Origin: Sulfolobaceae archaeon
Lineage (GTDB): Archaea > Thermoproteota > Thermoprotei_A > Sulfolobales > Sulfolobaceae
DNA length: 24,000 nucleotides
Assembly (NCBI GenBank): GCA_026627305.1
Contig: JAPNVD010000007.1
Span: 88,578-112,577 of the forward strand
Direction of reading: 5' to 3'
Positions 18,715 to 24,000 of the stretch are shown here, in pieces; positions within the stretch are counted from its first letter, which is position 1, and each line of letters opens with the position of its first letter. The notes beneath the pieces were generated by a model. The model saw only the letters and a list, made by a program, of their open reading frames with translations. It made no database searches and had not been told where the DNA came from. The position numbers were made by a program, and so were the translations under genes.

Positions 18715-21537
18715 ATGGAAATAGATCAACGGATATTGACGCTAATAGAAAAACGAGGATGGAAAAGCCTTAATGAGATCCAGATGAGAAGTTATAAACC
18801 AATATTAGAGAATAAAAATGTCCTTATTATAGCGCCCACTGGTTATGGAAAAACAGAGGCAGCAATACTTCCAATTCTTGATATGATGTTAGATATCAAT
18901 CCCGAGCCTGTAGCAGTGCTATATATAACGCCTTTAAAGGCATTGATAAACGATTTAACTAATAGGATCAAATGGTGGGCTTCGTATCTAGGCTTTAGGG
19001 TAGGCAGAAAGCATGGAGAAGTCCCACAAAAAGAAAAAAATATGAGACTAAAAAACGCCCCTCATATCCTTATAACCACTCCTGAAGGATTGGAGATAGA
19101 TCTTGACTGGGCATCAAGGTTCAGAGAAAATTACAAAAATATAAGGTGGGTCATAGTAGACGAAATACATGAGTTAATATCTTCAAAGAGAGGGGCCCAA
19201 TTATCAGTTCTTTTAGAAAGGTTAAAGAATTACACGGGCTACGATTTCCAACGAATTGGAATTTCAGCTACCCTCTCTAATGAAGATGAAGTTCTAAAAT
19301 TCCTAATAGGCTCATCTACTAGACAAGCAGAAATAGTGAAAATTCCTTCTACTAAGAATTTTAGGTTAAAAGTGTTAAAAGTTAAATTGAACAACGAAGA
19401 TTCTGTATGGACAGAGAGCGCTAAAATTATTAAGAATGAGATAAAACCGCCCACATTAATATTTACGGACTCTAGATTTACAACAGAGAGATTGCATGAA
19501 GAACTTGAAAAACTTGTGGAAGATGGAGTATATGTACATCATTCGTCTATATCTAGAGAGATAAAAGATGATGTTGAAAAAGCATTAAAGGAGAATAACG
19601 CTTTGGCAGTTATATGTACCAAAACTCTTGAATTAGGAATTGATATAGGAGCAGTAAAAAATGTAATATTGTTTAGACCTCCACCATCAGTTTTCTCCTT
19701 CTTACAACGTATAGGAAGAAGTGGTCATTCAATTAATGAAACCTCTGAAGGAGAAGTCTTGTGCATTTACGATACTGATGTACTGGAATCCTTAGCCTTG
19801 TATTCATTAGCTAAAAAGAGATCTATTGAGAAGCTAACTATAACACCCTATCTTGATGTAGTAGCGAGAGAGATTGTAGGAATGACGCTACAAAATACAG
19901 AATTAGATATAAACACCGCATACGAAATAATAAAGAAATCTTACGTTTATAGAAAATTAGATTATAGCAAGTTTATGGAAATAGTAAAATATTTGGAATT
20001 CTCAGGATTAATAAAGATAGAAGAGAACAAAAATATAATAAAGATTGGAAATAAGTTCTTCAAAATTTGGAGGTTTAATAAAGATAAGAAGAACAGTTGG
20101 GTAAGAGGGTTTTCTGAGTTCTTTTCCTTTATAGTTAGTGATGATACGTTTTCTGTGAAATATAATGAAAATACGATAGGAGAAATAGATGCCATGTATG
20201 TTTACAAACACCTAAGAGTTGGGGACATAATACGTATTAGCGGAAAACTATGGAAAATACAAAAAATAGAACCATTAAAGATGTCTATACAAGTACAATT
20301 AGTTAATGGGGATTCTGGAGAAATACCTATATGGAGAGGAGATGTTATCCCAAAATCAGATCTTCTTCCGTATGAAATTTCATCGATAATTAAAAATAAT
20401 GAGGTAATAAAAGACGGATCATTGATTCTAGATCAGGAGGCTTTGAAGACTCTAATTAATATCACAAAAGAATACAAAGAACGTAATTTGCCCTTACCTT
20501 CAGATGATATCATGTACATAGAGAAAAACGGCGAAGACGAGTGGATCTACACGGTTTTAACGAGCGAAAAAATAACCAACACTATAGCCCATGCCTTATT
20601 ATATCTTGCAATGTGGAAATACGGTTTAAACGTATATTCAAGAGCCTCCATCTATGGCTTTGCTATAAAGGGACCTACTGAAGATCTGTTTAAGACATTA
20701 TTAGCAATGCCTGACGATAAAATTAAGGAAATAATAATAAAAGGAATAACAAGATCCCCACTATTCTTAGCTACAATCAAGGAAGTACAATACAGCTTTG
20801 GAAAGATAGGGAAGATCTCGTCAAAAGAAGATAAGCTCATACTTAAGGAGGCCCTTAAACAAACAATAAGGAAGTACTTCAGTGTAAGTAAAACGTTGAA
20901 ATTCCTTAATGAAGTTAAAGATGGTAAAATAAAAATAATAGACTTAAGTGAAGAGCAGCAGAACAACCTTACGCCTCTTGCAAGAGCTGTATTATTACAA
21001 GCCGCAGTGAGACCATGGTTCGCAGACATTTACGGCAAAATTTCACAAGTTCTTAAGGGTGGCGCTTTTACCTTAAAGGAACTCTCCGAAGCTATAGGTT
21101 TGTCAGAAAAAAGCCTGGAGAGCAAATTAAAACAGATGAGAAAACCAGATTCTAAATTTAGGGTAATAAATTTCATCGATGTTGACGATGAAAAGGTTAG
21201 ATGGTGCTTGGCTGACGAATTAAAGAATATAGCAGAGTCCGAGGAGTTCGCATCATCATTTACGCCAATCAATGAAAATGAAACATACATAGTTACTTTT
21301 AGGCCTTTTAATAGTAGCAGTAGTATGGAATTCATCATAAAAGTGAAAGACCTTCTAGATGATAATATAATCAATAAGAAAATACCATTCGAGGAATTAG
21401 AGGAAATTAGGGTAAAAGACCCTAACGATTCGTTGTTTCAAAGCATATCCCCTAAGTTCTTTTATGTTAACAGGAAAAACGTTAAATATATACTATTAAA
21501 CGCGATAACATATATCCAGAGTTTAAAGTACCTTTAA
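18715..21537 (+). CDS. Lhr-type superfamily 2 DExH helicase (large archaeal Lhr-like helicase)
   Basis: It has SF2 motifs I APTGYGKTEAA, Ia YITPLKAL, Ib TTPEGL, II VDEIHEL, III SATLSN, V TKTLELGIDIG and VI QRIGRSGH. A long C-terminal extension follows, as in Lhr. I prefer ATG 18715, because the GTG at 18703 used by the ORF track lies inside a GGTGA Shine-Dalgarno-like motif (18702-18706) 8 nt upstream of the ATG. Confidence 0.85.
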   Translation: MEIDQRILTLIEKRGWKSLNEIQMRSYKPILENKNVLIIAPTGYGKTEAAILPILDMMLDINPEPVAVLYITPLKALINDLTNRIKWWASYLGFRVGRKHGEVPQKEKNMRLKNAPHILITTPEGLEIDLDWASRFRENYKNIRWVIVDEIHELISSKRGAQLSVLLERLKNYTGYDFQRIGISATLSNEDEVLKFLIGSSTRQAEIVKIPSTKNFRLKVLKVKLNNEDSVWTESAKIIKNEIKPPTLIFTDSRFTTERLHEELEKLVEDGVYVHHSSISREIKDDVEKALKENNALAVICTKTLELGIDIGAVKNVILFRPPPSVFSFLQRIGRSGHSINETSEGEVLCIYDTDVLESLALYSLAKKRSIEKLTITPYLDVVAREIVGMTLQNTELDINTAYEIIKKSYVYRKLDYSKFMEIVKYLEFSGLIKIEENKNIIKIGNKFFKIWRFNKDKKNSWVRGFSEFFSFIVSDDTFSVKYNENTIGEIDAMYVYKHLRVGDIIRISGKLWKIQKIEPLKMSIQVQLVNGDSGEIPIWRGDVIPKSDLLPYEISSIIKNNEVIKDGSLILDQEALKTLINITKEYKERNLPLPSDDIMYIEKNGEDEWIYTVLTSEKITNTIAHALLYLAMWKYGLNVYSRASIYGFAIKGPTEDLFKTLLAMPDDKIKEIIIKGITRSPLFLATIKEVQYSFGKIGKISSKEDKLILKEALKQTIRKYFSVSKTLKFLNEVKDGKIKIIDLSEEQQNNLTPLARAVLLQAAVRPWFADIYGKISQVLKGGAFTLKELSEAIGLSEKSLESKLKQMRKPDSKFRVINFIDVDDEKVRWCLADELKNIAESEEFASSFTPINENETYIVTFRPFNSSSSMEFIIKVKDLLDDNIINKKIPFEELEEIRVKDPNDSLFQSISPKFFYVNRKNVKYILLNAITYIQSLKYL

Positions 21538-21541
21538 AGGA

Positions 21542-21589
21542 ATGATGAAAAAGAAGCTTTGAACGGATGAAATAGGCCCGTGTTACTGA
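21542..21589 (+). ncRNA. C/D-box sRNA candidate, 48 nt
   Basis: Its parts are: C box AUGAUGA (21542-21548), D'-like UUGA (21559-21562, with only a 10-nt spacer), C' box AUGAAAU (21567-21573), 12-nt spacer AGGCCCGUGUUA, and D box CUGA (21586-21589). A T6 run follows 4 nt later. It shares the UUUGAAC and AUGAAAUA box contexts with the 13096-13147 candidate. Confidence 0.45.
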
Positions 21590-21593
21590 ACAA

Positions 21594-21599
21594 TTTTTT
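21594..21599 (+). terminator. T6 terminator after the helicase and sRNA candidate
   Basis: TTTTTT at 21594-21599 on the plus strand. Confidence 0.45.
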
Positions 21600-21663
21600 A
21601 GATTAAAAAACATAAATCAATAATTTTATTTCTCTCGCTTCATTATCATTCTGATGATCAGTA

Positions 21664-21930
21664 ATGAAAAACATAAGCGAGATTTTAGTGACCAGAAATA
21701 AAAGCATTGATGATTATATTTTAGAAGCTATAGCAATGTTCAATCAGGGATATGATACCATATCATTAAAGGGAATGGGAAAAGAAATAAGTAAAGCAGT
21801 AGATATTTATAATAAATTGAAAGATAGGTTAGGAGATGGCGTAGTTTTAGATTCTGTTGAGACGGGAAGTGAGACAAAAGATAAAAAGAGGATATCATAC
21901 ATTTTGCTCAAGCTGAGAAGAGTTTATTGA
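21664..21930 (+). CDS. albA2: Alba family DNA/RNA-binding protein, Alba2 (Sso10b2-type) paralogue
   Basis: 88 aa. LFNQG..., LKG.G.EISKAVD.YN.LKDRLGDGV and the C-terminal RISYILLKLRRVY match the Sulfolobus Alba2 sequence as I remember it, rather than Alba1. Confidence 0.88.
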   Translation: MKNISEILVTRNKSIDDYILEAIAMFNQGYDTISLKGMGKEISKAVDIYNKLKDRLGDGVVLDSVETGSETKDKKRISYILLKLRRVY

Positions 21931-24000
21931 AGCCTGAACTACAGTTTCGGTATCAGTCAGGATTTCATGTATAACGTCATCTGCATTAATCTCACCTAAA
22001 GCTATCTTGTCCATTTTGTTCAATAGATCGGCAGTCCTTTTTACGGATACTAGATGAGAGAAATACTTAGATAAATAGCTGTAGACTTTTTCTCCTCTGC
22101 TAGAAGCTATTAAATATGCTCTCTTTTTAGATTCTATTATATATCCATGCCTCAATAAATTAGATAAAGTCTTTGAATAGGTACTAGGTCTACCTAGATT
22201 TAGCTCTTTCATTAACTGAATTACATTAGAATAAGTATAAAGATACTCTAATGAACCCTTATAAATCCTGATTTCAGGCACTATAACACCTTCAGCTATA
22301 TCGTTTACGGGAATGCTATATATTATGGAAAATCCTCCCTCCACTTTAGTTCTTAGCTCTACAGAATAAGATTCAGCAGAATTTATAGAGACTAAATACT
22401 TACCTATAGTAACTTTCGCCGGTCTCATTTGGCTAGCTATAAACCTTCTAAATATAAGGTCGTAAAGTTTTATATGAAGATTAGAAATTCCAAGATATAG
22501 CCTTGGATTACTAATTATTTCATTCTTAAGATCTTCTGCATCTAAAGGTCTAGTAGGTCTTATTGCCTCATGAGCACCAGAACTGCCCCAACTTCTACCT
22601 ACGAACTCTCCTGAATATCCTTTAGCTTCCATATAGCTTTTCGCTATGCTTATCCCTAAACTGGAAACATGTGTACTATCCGTCCTATGATATGTTATTA
22701 GCCCTCTCTCAAATAAGTCTTGAGCTAGTTTAATTGTTATGACAGGGTTTAATCTTAATTTCTCATACGCGTCCTCTAAAAGTGAATCTGTTGTGTATGG
22801 CGGTAAGGGATTGAGGATATCGACTTTTTCTGATATCTTCTTCACTTCTACTTTTATGTTCTTTGAGTAGTTTTCAGCATCAGCCTTAGAAGAGAATAAC
22901 TTCTTAATCCTATAGTTTTTAGAAATACCAATATCGACAATCCAACCCATTCTCTCTTTATACCTTTTAGTCTTGTCTAATATCAGCCCTAATACAGGTG
23001 TTTGAACTCTGCCAGCACCGTGATTTCTATCAGAGAATTTAGATTTGAGTATGTTACTTAAGCTAAATCCTATAAGCCTATCTTCAACCCTTCTCACAAC
23101 TTGGCTATATACTGCGTTGATATCTATCTTTCTTGGGTTACTTAAAGCAGCTAAAATAGCGTTTTTAGTAACCTCGTGATACGTAATTCTATAGATGTTT
23201 GAATTATACGGACTAACTATGACAGCTATATCGTATGCTATCTTTTCGCCTTCATAATCCGGATCTGTAGCTATAAAAATAGCATCTACTTCTAAAGCTA
23301 ATTTTCTTAGAGCGTTTATCACAGATAATGATGAAACGCTTTGGGTAGAACCACAATAAGGACACGTATCGGAATTCGAAGTAAAGGTCCTACCACATGA
23401 AAGACACTTGCTGATTTTAGTATAGTTTACAGTTATTGATTTCTCGTCGTGGATTTCTATACCATATGTCCCTATATCATCTACTGTAACATCGTATATA
23501 TGGCCTTTACTAGCCATGATTTCTGTTATCCATATAGTATCGTTATACGTTATTATTGTCTCGTAAACAGGCACGTTACCTATTATTCTCTGGCTCGGAA
23601 CACCGAACATTCTAGCTATAGTTCTAGCCTTAGTTGGTGATTCAACAACCATTAACGCGGTCTTTATCTTAAGCTCCTTCCCGTTTTCAGCGTTATTTGA
23701 AGATCTACTCTCATCTAATTTTTGTGAGATTTCTGAGAGATTTAGCTCGCTTAACCTTCTAAAATTAACATCATAAGAGAACCTTCTTAGCTTATTATAG
23801 AGTATTTCAAATAATTTTTGATCATCCACTAAAATTATTGACAGCCCCAATGTTAAAGCCCCGTTATAAAGTCTACTTGATCTTCCAGAACCTTGAATAT
23901 ACGTCATCACATCTGGGACAATATAATAATAAGTTGAGTCTACCTTTGATATGATAAAGTCCTCTCCAAAAAACCCCTCACCTAAGGACTTTAGATGTTC
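21895..24000 (-). CDS. rgy: reverse gyrase, C-terminal ~700 aa (end of the helicase-like domain plus the topoisomerase IA domain); 5' end lies beyond the right edge
   Basis: The frame stays open upstream of the ORF-track start to position 24000 (EHLKSLGEGFFGEDFIISKVDSTYYYIVPDV-MTYIQGSGRSSR, helicase motif VI). It has the Toprim block VVESPTKARTIA and DPDYEGEKIA, a CLSCG...CPYCG zinc finger, and the catalytic Tyr in LITYHRTDST. Confidence 0.95.
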   Translation of the reverse strand, partial: EHLKSLGEGFFGEDFIISKVDSTYYYIVPDVMTYIQGSGRSSRLYNGALTLGLSIILVDDQKLFEILYNKLRRFSYDVNFRRLSELNLSEISQKLDESRSSNNAENGKELKIKTALMVVESPTKARTIARMFGVPSQRIIGNVPVYETIITYNDTIWITEIMASKGHIYDVTVDDIGTYGIEIHDEKSITVNYTKISKCLSCGRTFTSNSDTCPYCGSTQSVSSLSVINALRKLALEVDAIFIATDPDYEGEKIAYDIAVIVSPYNSNIYRITYHEVTKNAILAALSNPRKIDINAVYSQVVRRVEDRLIGFSLSNILKSKFSDRNHGAGRVQTPVLGLILDKTKRYKERMGWIVDIGISKNYRIKKLFSSKADAENYSKNIKVEVKKISEKVDILNPLPPYTTDSLLEDAYEKLRLNPVITIKLAQDLFERGLITYHRTDSTHVSSLGISIAKSYMEAKGYSGEFVGRSWGSSGAHEAIRPTRPLDAEDLKNEIISNPRLYLGISNLHIKLYDLIFRRFIASQMRPAKVTIGKYLVSINSAESYSVELRTKVEGGFSIIYSIPVNDIAEGVIVPEIRIYKGSLEYLYTYSNVIQLMKELNLGRPSTYSKTLSNLLRHGYIIESKKRAYLIASSRGEKVYSYLSKYFSHLVSVKRTADLLNKMDKIALGEINADDVIHEILTDTETVVQASINSSQLEQNV

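Noticed and set aside
20652-21374. Two consecutive minus-strand ORFs (125 and 114 aa) antisense to the helicase gene.
   Set aside because: They lie entirely inside a well-supported plus-strand helicase CDS. Their low-complexity Leu/Ser/Phe-rich translations are typical of the antisense frame of AAR/GAR-rich AT-biased genes. They have no motifs and no promoter context.
21651-21661. CUGAUGAUCAG in the alba2 leader, considered as a C-box-like element or a 5-bp palindrome.
   Set aside because: No partner D, D' or C' boxes occur at proper spacing. The element lies in the expected short 5' UTR of alba2, and the palindrome is only 5 bp.

Overview
This window looks like core chromosome of a low-GC thermoacidophilic crenarchaeon. 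It is Sulfolobaceae-like: it carries Cren7, Alba2, reverse gyrase and topoisomerase VI, TATA boxes sit about 25-30 nt upstream of many ATGs (leaderless layout), and GGTGA Shine-Dalgarno-like motifs appear before a TTG-start internal operon gene (top6B) and before the helicase ATG. Almost all genes are on the minus strand and tightly packed, often with 4-bp ATGA overlaps.

Gene content, left to right:
- The 5' end of glyA.
- A four-gene acetyl-CoA-to-mevalonate operon: HMG-CoA synthase, thiolase-like protein, DUF35 protein, HMG-CoA reductase.
- A pyruvoyl decarboxylase of the AdoMetDC/arginine-decarboxylase family.
- A sequon-rich membrane-anchored protein.
- tRNA-Leu(CAA), a 90-aa ORF and pyrH.
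- cren7, which is missing from the supplied ORF track.
- An SDR, a GT4 glycosyltransferase and an HIBDH-like dehydrogenase.
- A Pus10-like protein, SRP54 and aIF5A.
- rtcB, deoxyhypusine synthase, top6B and top6A.
- An L24e/TRASH-like small protein, an Lhr-type helicase, alba2, and the C-terminal two thirds of reverse gyrase.

I see no CRISPR array, integrase, transposase, toxin-antitoxin pair or recognisable defence system, and I do not claim one.

The leads most worth following:
1. The thiolase homologue in the mevalonate operon has no cysteine at all, and every catalytic position I can align is substituted. It may be a pseudoenzyme or scaffold.
2. Two unannotated plus-strand C/D-box sRNA candidates begin 3-5 nt after stop codons. 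One has a textbook 7-12-4-6-7-12-4 architecture and a guide antisense to a conserved 23S rRNA peptidyl-transferase-centre sequence.
3. The Pus10-like protein keeps the N-terminal zinc ribbon but shows no recognisable catalytic signature.
4. Palindromes lie at the mevalonate and cren7 promoters.

All family consensus motifs are quoted from memory and need alignment-based confirmation.
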